64,000 nucleotides of DNA from the IMG/VR virus record IMGVR_UViG_3300042940_001100, positions 1-64,000 of that record; one strand, 5' to 3'. The position numbers were made by a program, and so were the translations under genes. The stretch comes from a virus. Below the pieces are notes generated by a model. The model was not told the DNA's origin. It saw only the letters and a list, made by a program, of their open reading frames with translations, and ran no database searches. This document shows, piece by piece, positions 35,411 through 44,200 of this stretch; the stretch's first letter is position 1; each line of letters begins with the position of its first letter.

Positions 35411-36877
35411 ATGAAACCTTTAAACATAGATAAGACCGGATGTAGTAATATATCATCTAACTGCGTAACATGGCAGGGGCCAGATATTGAATGTATAAAT
35501 TTATGTAAGGGAGATTCCGTTACAGAAGTTGTATACAAAATGGCTTTAGAGCTGTGTAAATTGATGGATACCTTTGATTTAACAAATTATGATTTAAAAT
35601 GCTTTTCAAGTGGAGTATGTCAACCACAAGATTTTAAAGATTTTATCAACATACTTATTAACAAAGTATGTCTTATACAAACCTGTTCTGGTTGTGCAGA
35701 TCCTTGTTCACCAACACCTGTAGTAGTTACTGCTCAGTCTGTTCTTGGAAGTTCTGATTCTCAGTATGTGCCTATTGCTAAAGAGTTTCAGTATACTAAT
35801 AGTTTAGGTGATCTAGTTACTACTATGTTAGTTAGTGATTATGTTCAAGCTATTGGAAATAAAGTATCTATTTTAGTTAATTCTACAACTGCAATACAAG
35901 AACAGTTGTTAGATCATACTTTAAGAATACAAGCTTTGGAAGATGCGCCAGCTCCAGTATTTACATTACCTCTTATTACAAATAGTGATGGAGATCAAAT
36001 GTCTTTATCAGAAGCTACTCAAAATCTTCAAACTGCTTTTTATCAGTTAGAAACTGCTACAGGAACACCAAATGAAATTTATACTAACATTGCTAAGCAA
36101 TCAGGCAGTCTTAATACAGCTGCTAGTTTATCTGTACCAAATGCTACTATGGCATCTTTACCAGGATGGAATACTACTGTTGTAAATCAAGCTGATAGTG
36201 TTGGTAATATTTGGCAAACTGTTCTTGATATGCGTCTTGCTTTACAGAACTTAATAACTAATTATATTCCTAGCGAGTGTAGATCAATTTCTATAAGTCT
36301 TATTGCAACATATGCTACTGATACAATAACTTTGTTTATGACAGGAGTTATTCCTTCAAGCTTTACAAATACTATACCTGGCGGTACACCTTTTACAATA
36401 ACTGATATGTACGGTAATGTATTAGTTGTTAATATTAATATACCTACTGTTATAAATAATCCAGAAGGTTTTGCTATTTCTATTACAGGAACAAGAATTA
36501 ATCCAGCAGGTAATTTAGCTATTACAGCTGAACCTAGTTTTACAAATAATACATCAGGATCTGAATGCAAATCAATTCTTCAATATCTTATAAGTAATCA
36601 AGCATCTTGTCCTGCAGTTACCTATGTACCTACAAGCACAAGTATTGAGTTTTCATTTCTTACAGATACCGGTAACAAGATTTACACTGCTGAATTATGG
36701 GCTCCAGGAGCTGTAGCACCTACTAGTAGTCAATCATTTACTTCGACAGCTGTTGGTACAATAACTAGTGTATTTGCAACATTAACTGCAAATACAGCTT
36801 ACAGACTTAGAATATTAATAAATATAAATGGTATAATCACAACTTGTCCATTTACTGCAGTAAATACATTAATTTAA
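35411..36877 (+). CDS. fibre-like structural protein (Cys-rich N-terminus, coiled coil, Ig/Fn3-like C-terminus)
   Basis: SSNCVTWQGPDIEC motif; RIQALE coil; LTANTAYRLRI Fn3-like ending. Confidence 0.6.
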   Translation: MKPLNIDKTGCSNISSNCVTWQGPDIECINLCKGDSVTEVVYKMALELCKLMDTFDLTNYDLKCFSSGVCQPQDFKDFINILINKVCLIQTCSGCADPCSPTPVVVTAQSVLGSSDSQYVPIAKEFQYTNSLGDLVTTMLVSDYVQAIGNKVSILVNSTTAIQEQLLDHTLRIQALEDAPAPVFTLPLITNSDGDQMSLSEATQNLQTAFYQLETATGTPNEIYTNIAKQSGSLNTAASLSVPNATMASLPGWNTTVVNQADSVGNIWQTVLDMRLALQNLITNYIPSECRSISISLIATYATDTITLFMTGVIPSSFTNTIPGGTPFTITDMYGNVLVVNINIPTVINNPEGFAISITGTRINPAGNLAITAEPSFTNNTSGSECKSILQYLISNQASCPAVTYVPTSTSIEFSFLTDTGNKIYTAELWAPGAVAPTSSQSFTSTAVGTITSVFATLTANTAYRLRILININGIITTCPFTAVNTLI

Positions 36878-36888
36878 AATAAAAAGAA

Positions 36889-38100
36889 ATGACTACTAAT
36901 TGTTCAAAATGTGGAACTTGTGATTGTGATTGTATACCTCAGGGTCTTACAACACCTAACTATTGTCCATCAGATCTACCACCTTGCCCAGATCCTAGTC
37001 CATGTAATGAGACTTTTGATAGCAAGTGTGTTATATATACAGGAGAAGATATTCCTTGTTTTAGTATTGAAACAGGAAATACTGTAGAAGAGGTTATAAC
37101 AAATATGACTTCTCTATTACAACCTTTATTGTGTTTAAATTGTACTATAATAAATATCCCGGCTAATGATGCTTTACAAGTACCGGTCAATCAAATCATG
37201 AGTTGGAATATTGTTCCTGGTGCTACATATTATGATGTGTATTTTGGAACAAATCCTACTACTCCTCCTTTGGTGGCTGCCGGCCAAATTAGCACTGCCT
37301 ATACACATCCTTATCCTTTAGTTCCCAATACAGATTATTATTGGAAAGTGATACCAGGAAATAATGCAGGCAGTGTAAATGCTTGCCCTATTTACCATTT
37401 TAAGACTAAGGAATTACTTTGTGTAAATCCTTTATCTTATATGCTTGATTATGTTATGAGTGAACAACCATCAGGTAATGTACTAAATGTAGAAACTCTT
37501 GTTGAATCAATAAATGAGTTTCTTGACAATGGTGAGTTAATAACTAATTGTAATTTCTGTTGCCCTGATTGTACAGATACTCATAGATATGTATTAGCAT
37601 CTGCTCCGGTATTTGCTACATATTATAATGATTTTTATGATATTAATACTTGTCCTCCTGTATGTTGTATTGAAGTAGATGCATCATTAACAGCTCTTAC
37701 TACTGTACTTGCTCCAGGATCACCTACATTAGCTGCTGCTTTTAAAGCTGTACCTCCTCCAACTAATTGTTGTGGAACTAATTTTAGTGAATGTAGTGAA
37801 AGCTTAAAAATAGCATTAGGCACATCACGCGATGCAATCTTTAAAATACTAGGTGTAGTAGAAGAATCTACAATCAACCTTAGTACAGAACTTTGTATTC
37901 TTGCAACTTTCTTAAATGGATTACCTACAGCTGTTACACCTTTACAAAAAGCATTAATCATTGCTGCAATTCTTAATAAAGGTTTTGTTGTAGATTGCCG
38001 TCCAGAAGGTACAATCATATCAGGATTATTAAAATATAAAGAATATGTAGTTGCCGCAGAAGATGGCTGTCTATGTTATATACCATGTGTAATATCTTAA
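36889..38100 (+). CDS. Cys-rich structural protein with an Fn3-like domain
   Basis: CVIYTGEDIPC motif; MSWNIVPGATYYDVYFGT...LVPNTDYYWKV. Confidence 0.65.
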   Translation: MTTNCSKCGTCDCDCIPQGLTTPNYCPSDLPPCPDPSPCNETFDSKCVIYTGEDIPCFSIETGNTVEEVITNMTSLLQPLLCLNCTIINIPANDALQVPVNQIMSWNIVPGATYYDVYFGTNPTTPPLVAAGQISTAYTHPYPLVPNTDYYWKVIPGNNAGSVNACPIYHFKTKELLCVNPLSYMLDYVMSEQPSGNVLNVETLVESINEFLDNGELITNCNFCCPDCTDTHRYVLASAPVFATYYNDFYDINTCPPVCCIEVDASLTALTTVLAPGSPTLAAAFKAVPPPTNCCGTNFSECSESLKIALGTSRDAIFKILGVVEESTINLSTELCILATFLNGLPTAVTPLQKALIIAAILNKGFVVDCRPEGTIISGLLKYKEYVVAAEDGCLCYIPCVIS

Positions 38101-38110
38101 ACTAATAAAT

Positions 38111-38827
38111 ATGTTAACACCAGCAACAATAACAGTAAATTTCACAGCCAATTATGCAGGCGCGCATAGAATATGTTGGAGACAATGTAATGTAGGTTCT
38201 TATGTATGTACTAATGTAGTATCATGTGTAGGAGGCGGCAATGTGTGTAGTGCTACTATTTCTATAATGGTAGATCCAGAAAGTTGTACACCAATATGCT
38301 TTGAGGGATATATTCAAGCAACTTGTAATCCTGAGAATTCTTCTGTAGGCCAAGTACCTTGGTCAACTACTTTTACACCAACTCCAACTTGTAGTATGTA
38401 TTCTATTACTTGTACAAGTCCTCCACTTAATCAACCTTGTGGAGTAATTCCTGCAGCTACAATGGGTTTAGATTGTAATGGTACACCAAGACCAGAGGTA
38501 GGACCTATTACTGCTGCTACTTCTGTATATGTATGTGCTACTGGATTAATTCCAAATCTTCCTTTAGGTTATGAGATGACACTTTTTGATGGATGTTGTA
38601 CTGATTGTGAACAATACACTATTACAATTATGCCTGGTATTATGCCTAGTGAATTAGATGGATCTTCTATTTATTACATAGATTGTGCAACAAAAGAACT
38701 TATCAGAATAGACTTAACAGGTAGTGTGTCTTATACTTTAACAGCTTGTATGGTTACCGGATCTATTAATCTGTATTTAACTCCGACTGTTAGTGGTATA
38801 ATTACACAAGGTATACCTTGTCCATAA
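38111..38827 (+). CDS. Cys-rich structural protein
   Basis: Many Cys; CEQYTITI...YYIDC repeat like the C-terminal repeats of 31070. Confidence 0.6.
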   Translation: MLTPATITVNFTANYAGAHRICWRQCNVGSYVCTNVVSCVGGGNVCSATISIMVDPESCTPICFEGYIQATCNPENSSVGQVPWSTTFTPTPTCSMYSITCTSPPLNQPCGVIPAATMGLDCNGTPRPEVGPITAATSVYVCATGLIPNLPLGYEMTLFDGCCTDCEQYTITIMPGIMPSELDGSSIYYIDCATKELIRIDLTGSVSYTLTACMVTGSINLYLTPTVSGIITQGIPCP

Positions 38828-38873
38828 TATTAAAATGTCATGATTTGTTGGTTCAACATGACTAATAGGTGAG

Positions 38874-38902
38874 AACCCCGGTTAAATTATACTGGGGTTT
38901 TT
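38874..38902 (+). terminator. intrinsic terminator
   Basis: AACCCCGGT-TAAATTAT-ACTGGGGTT followed by TTT. Confidence 0.7.
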
Positions 38903-38933
38903 GCTACTTGAAAAAAAAGATGTAAATTTAGCT

Positions 38934-39527
38934 ATGATAAAAGAGTTTAAAAAGCCAGACTTAACCGCTCCAAGATGTAGACCCGGAGCACATAAAATAG
39001 TGAATGCTAGCTTTTTAAAAGAGTTTAAAGAAAAGCATCCTCAATATAAAGACTTAACTAATCATGAGATTAATCTTATTCTATCTACTTTTCATGGAAA
39101 GTTGTGGGATCATACTCTTCTTAATAGAGATGGTATAGAGCTATTAGAAGGATTGGGTTATATATTTATTGGAACTTGTTTTTCAGCTAAAAAATTTAAT
39201 ATTGATGTAGCTAATTCTATAAAGAATAAGTTTAAAACTAGACATAACAATTTTGAATCTGATAATTATTTAGCAAAAATATTTTATACAAATTTTTCTA
39301 CTAAGTATAGATTTAAAAATAGAGAGATGTGGACTTTTAAAGCAACAAGAGATTTTAAAAGAAGTGTAGCTAAAGTATATCCTGTAAACTGGAAACTTTA
39401 TGTACAAGTTGAGAGCGGAAAAAATATTGCTAACTACATGAAAAGAGCTAGAAAGAATGATTACTTTAGAAAGATTGGAGAAACTTTTATAGCTGATTCT
39501 TCATATAATGAATTTGATTTAAACTAG
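38934..39527 (+). CDS. divergent IHF/HU-like basic protein (start revised to MIKEFK)
   Basis: GIELLEGLGYIFI and WTFKATRDFKR resemble HU/IHF strands; second IHF-like gene before the tail genes. Confidence 0.45.
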   Translation: MIKEFKKPDLTAPRCRPGAHKIVNASFLKEFKEKHPQYKDLTNHEINLILSTFHGKLWDHTLLNRDGIELLEGLGYIFIGTCFSAKKFNIDVANSIKNKFKTRHNNFESDNYLAKIFYTNFSTKYRFKNREMWTFKATRDFKRSVAKVYPVNWKLYVQVESGKNIANYMKRARKNDYFRKIGETFIADSSYNEFDLN

Positions 39528-39533
39528 TATACA

Positions 39534-40205
39534 ATGACAACAATAGGTGAAGCTATCTCAAGAGTTCGTAATACAATCAAAGGTGTAAAAGAAGATGCCT
39601 TTCTTACAGATAGATTTATATACAGTCTTCTTATTAAACATGCTAATTATATTGTCCGCAAGTTGGACAATGAGAATAAGATCATGCGTATCCAAAGCTT
39701 ATTTGAGAAAATACCTTGTGTAGATCTTATTGAAGTAAGTACTATTGACGCGTGTTGTGCAGGTGTGAAAACCAACTGTACTATAATGAGAACTAAAGAA
39801 CATATACCAGAACCTATGGAAGGATCTGAAGGACCATTAATTAGAACAGTTACTTCTTTAGATGGTTCTATTATCATGAATAATACAAATCCAAGTACTT
39901 ATGTATACATGACTGGCCAACCTACTTTCAAATATAATAAAACTAAGTACTACTGGTATCTAGAAGGACATTTATATTTTCCAAATATTGAGTGGGAAGG
40001 TGTAAGAGTAGATGGTATATTTACATCATCTACAAAGAAGTTTCACTGTGATCAAGATCCGTGTGCACCAAGACAGGATGATAGATTAGCAGTTCCAGAA
40101 TTTATATTTGCTGAAGTAGAACAATTAGTTTTGAAAGATCTTGCATTTATGTTGCAAACACCAACAGAGACACAAGACGATAAAATGAATCCTTTAAGAT
40201 CTTAA
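39534..40205 (+). CDS. tail ring/tubular protein
   Basis: MTTIGEAISRVRN...DRFIY and YYWYLEGHLYFPN motifs; position before the muzzle gene. Confidence 0.6.
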   Translation: MTTIGEAISRVRNTIKGVKEDAFLTDRFIYSLLIKHANYIVRKLDNENKIMRIQSLFEKIPCVDLIEVSTIDACCAGVKTNCTIMRTKEHIPEPMEGSEGPLIRTVTSLDGSIIMNNTNPSTYVYMTGQPTFKYNKTKYYWYLEGHLYFPNIEWEGVRVDGIFTSSTKKFHCDQDPCAPRQDDRLAVPEFIFAEVEQLVLKDLAFMLQTPTETQDDKMNPLRS

Positions 40206-40209
40206 ATCC

Positions 40210-41238
40210 ATGAGTTATAACTATACCCTTAGATACAGAACATTTGACCAGCTTCTTGATGCTGCCAGAATAGATCTTACTCAATATGATTTAACTAATT
40301 ATATTGAACCTCAGCAATTGATTAAAGTTGCTAAAAGAGTTAACTATGATCTTGGATTAAGAATCATGGGTACAAAAGAAACTTTATTAGAAGTAAAAAA
40401 AGGAAAAGTAAGATTACCCACAGACTTTTATGTATTGAATTATGCATTAGTTTGTGATAATGTAACTGTGCACGAGCCCGTAAGCCAAGGCACTTTTATA
40501 GAAGAGAGACCTGTAGGAATTCCTACTTATAAATCAATTGGTCCAGCTGTTATCAACTCTTGTACAGATGGTACTGTTAACTGTCAGACCTGTGGTATTC
40601 CTTGTAATACTTGTACTTGTCAACAACTTCCTGCAGCATGTCCTGCTTTACCGGATGATCAGAGTTATTGTAAAACTCCTAGACTTGAGTTAAACTGTAA
40701 AGGTGAGAGCTTTGAATTAGTGCAGATTGTTCATGGTACAACGCGTACTTATAGAAGGATGTGGCCATTAAGACTTATTACAAATAATGAAACTATTGCT
40801 TGTGATTGTCCTAATCTTTATGTAAAGTCTGCAGATCATGCTTGGATTCAAGGTGATTTCTTATTTACTAATTTAGAAACAGCTAATATTTATATTAGTT
40901 ACCAAGGTCAATTAGAAGATGATAATGGAAACTTATTAGTTCCGGATCATGATTTACTTAATGAGTATTATGAATATGCTATTAAGCAACGGATTCTAGA
41001 GAACTTAATTATGAATGATGAGCCTGTAGGTCAGAAGTTACAATTAGTTGAAGCAAGATTACGTGTAGCAAAAAGTGCAGCTAATGCTCTTGTGCACACT
41101 CCCAATTTTGCAGAGATGCGTGAGATGTGGTGGACTAACAGAAAAGCTCAGTATGGTAAATACTATGAGGCTTTTAAGTCTTATCCGTGGAACCAACAAA
41201 GTAATCCTAATGTTAATGGTCAAATGAATAGATTCTAA
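40210..41238 (+). CDS. tail tubular/ring protein with a Cys-rich insertion
   Basis: RLPTDF, IYISYQG...DNGNLLVPD and YYEYAIK motifs (P22 gp4-like pattern). Confidence 0.65.
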   Translation: MSYNYTLRYRTFDQLLDAARIDLTQYDLTNYIEPQQLIKVAKRVNYDLGLRIMGTKETLLEVKKGKVRLPTDFYVLNYALVCDNVTVHEPVSQGTFIEERPVGIPTYKSIGPAVINSCTDGTVNCQTCGIPCNTCTCQQLPAACPALPDDQSYCKTPRLELNCKGESFELVQIVHGTTRTYRRMWPLRLITNNETIACDCPNLYVKSADHAWIQGDFLFTNLETANIYISYQGQLEDDNGNLLVPDHDLLNEYYEYAIKQRILENLIMNDEPVGQKLQLVEARLRVAKSAANALVHTPNFAEMREMWWTNRKAQYGKYYEAFKSYPWNQQSNPNVNGQMNRF

Positions 41239-44200
41239 TGGCAGAGCAAAATAACAGTACTAGCAGCAATGACTCAAAGAGTTTTGATAAATCACTTAAC
41301 AAAGATGTTAATGATTTTCACTTGCCCACCAATGAATGGAGCGGAGCTAGAAATGCTATAAACAATTCTATCACCGGTGATTTAGGTAAATTAGGTAATG
41401 AACCCGCAAACTTATTATGTCTGACAACAGATTTAAAGTATCCTATAATTGGGTTCATTCATATTATAGAAGATAAATGGGCTGTGTTTTCTACAGACAG
41501 TGTTAATTCTGAAATTGGTCTGTTTGTAGAAAGTAATTGTGGTGTTCCAGATCCTATAAAGAACCCTGCATACAGTGTTGTTGTTAATGCAGCCTGTCTT
41601 AATTTTAAACCGGAGAACCTGATCATAGGTGTTAGCCGTGCTACAAGTACTTGTACATACAAATTATATTGGGATGATGGTCTTAATCCATCTAGAGTAC
41701 TTGAGATTGATGTAGATAATCCTCTTAACAATCTTCCTTTTCTTCCTCCTCCAGCGCCTCCAGGAACTAACAATCCTAACAGTCCTATTCCTTGGGTACA
41801 GAACTGTGTTGATTCAAATGGTCCAGCTCCTGGTGGATGTATCATCTGTACCAACACTCCGGTTCTAGATTGTGATAAGTTAAGACTTGCTCAATTTATG
41901 AGTCCTATTTGTCCTAGAGTAGCTAATGGTGTATCTGGTGGGAATCTTTTAAATGGTTCTTACCTGGTTGCTATGGCGTATGCTATCAAAGGCCAAAAAA
42001 TAAGTGACTGGTATGTATCAAATGTGCAATCTCTATGGACCCAAGGAAATTCATCAGGATCACTTGATGTCTTTATAGATAGCATTGATCTAGATTTTGA
42101 TGAGATTCTAGTTACTCTTATCTCAGTAGTTAATCAACAAGCTGTTGGTAGAGATGCTGGTATATACAGCACACGTCAAACAAGATTAAGCTTTGATATT
42201 ATTAATGATGCTTGGCCGGCTGTTCCTGTGGAGCAACTTCCAATCATGACTCCTATTGTAGATAAGTCAGATGCTATGTATGCAGTAGGTGATTACTTAA
42301 TACGCGTAGGACCAACAAACAAACAAGACTTTAATTATCAACCCTTAGCTAATCAGATAGTAGCTAAGTGGCAATCTGTAGAATATTCCGGAGACTATTA
42401 TGCAAAAGGTGGTAATAAAACTAACTACATGCGCGATGAAGTATATGCATTTTTCATCCAGTGGATTTATGATACAGGTGATAAGTCTGCTTCATATCAT
42501 ATCCCAGGTAGACCGGCTTTTCCTAATGATATTACACCAGCTAATGTTTTAAATGCTTTTACCGGAGATACTCTTAATTGGCAAGTAGAAAATACAGCAA
42601 CAGCTATTCCTATAGCTCCTGTACCTCAATCCGATGGTGGAGTTCTTATAGGAGAAGGTTATATGGGATACTGGGAATCAACTGAATTCTATCCAGATAA
42701 AACACCTCAAATATGGAATGCTGATTCACAATGTTGGTCATCATTAACTCCTAATCTTATACCAAATTGTACAGAACCTATTCCTCCAATTCCTTATCCG
42801 GGAACTGTTGCAGGAAATGCTTCATACAATTTATGTGGGACTCCTATTAGACATCATAAGTTTCCTGAAGACAATCTTACTGCTGAGACTAACCGATACA
42901 ATGCAGGCTTGGGCACCACAATAAGAATCATGGGAGTTAAGTTTGAGAATATCAGAGCTCCTAGAGATAACTCAGGTAATCTTATTCCTGGAATTATTGG
43001 ATATAGAATATTGAGAGGCACGCGTAATGGTAACAAGACTATTATTGCTAAGGGTATGATTAATAACATGCATGAGTATACTGTACCAGGAAGTACTAAG
43101 AGTCACTACATGCCTAACTATCCTTATAATGATCTTGAGGCTGATCCATTCTTAAGTACTACTAAAACATTTACATCATCTTCCTTTAATCCACTAGGTA
43201 ATGGTGGTGGTGTTCAAGGAGATACACCCTTTCCAGGAGGTTTTGGTAGTTTGCAGTTTAGTCCAAACTATGTAACTTTTCATTCACCAGATACTAATTT
43301 TAAAGATCCTTTTTTATCAGCTAAAGAACTTAGAATATATCAAAATATTCATGGTGATGTTACTGGTAAATTTGAATTATCTGAGAAGCATCCTAGAGAA
43401 AAGCTTATGACAGATTATGTATTTTTAGTATCTGCTATAGGTGGTTTAGGAATTGCTGCTTTAAACTTAAATGGTGAAAGAACAACTAATACTAATGTAC
43501 CAAATTATCAAGGATTTTCTTATAGAGAGTTGTATTCTAAGACAGCTGATTATGATTTAGACCATGGGGGAACTAATACTTTACAACCAGGTGGCATACA
43601 AACCTATGGCCCAGCAATGCCGAATGCTGGAACATTAACTCAAACTACGGGTGCAACCACAAATGTAAATGAGAATACTACTGGTGATGTTACAAATTCT
43701 GCACCTATTAAAGCCGGTTTTGCTTCTGGACCAGATCCTGACTTTTGGGATACACTTCTAATACAAGGTCCTTTAATAACGCAACTTGGATTCTTTAATG
43801 CATATGCGGGCACAGTGGGTTTGAGCAATCTTATAGGTGCTACTACTGGTTCAGGAGGTCCGGCTGATAGTTTAAAAACTCAAGCTGGTTTAATGAATAA
43901 TGATGCGGCTATCTTTAATGCGGGTGGCTCTTGGGCATACGGTACTACTAATATATCTTACAAGGATGGTCAACAAAATAGAATTCCAAGTTTTTTAAAT
44001 ACAGTTGTAGCACTTCCTACATTCTTAAATTACTTTAGTGATGGTACTGATAGTTTTATAAGATTGATTTTAGCTATTTTAAGATATAGAGATTATGCTG
44101 TAAGATATCATTCACATGGTTTTTATAATAAGACAGATTTAAAACCTACTGTTTTTAGAACTACTTTAGCTTCTCAACAATATATTGATCCTGAAATACT

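Noticed and set aside
31070-38827. Eukaryotic contamination or a diversity-generating retroelement target
   Set aside because: The genes are collinear, intron-free and similar in composition to flanking phage genes; no reverse transcriptase or template/variable repeat pair was seen
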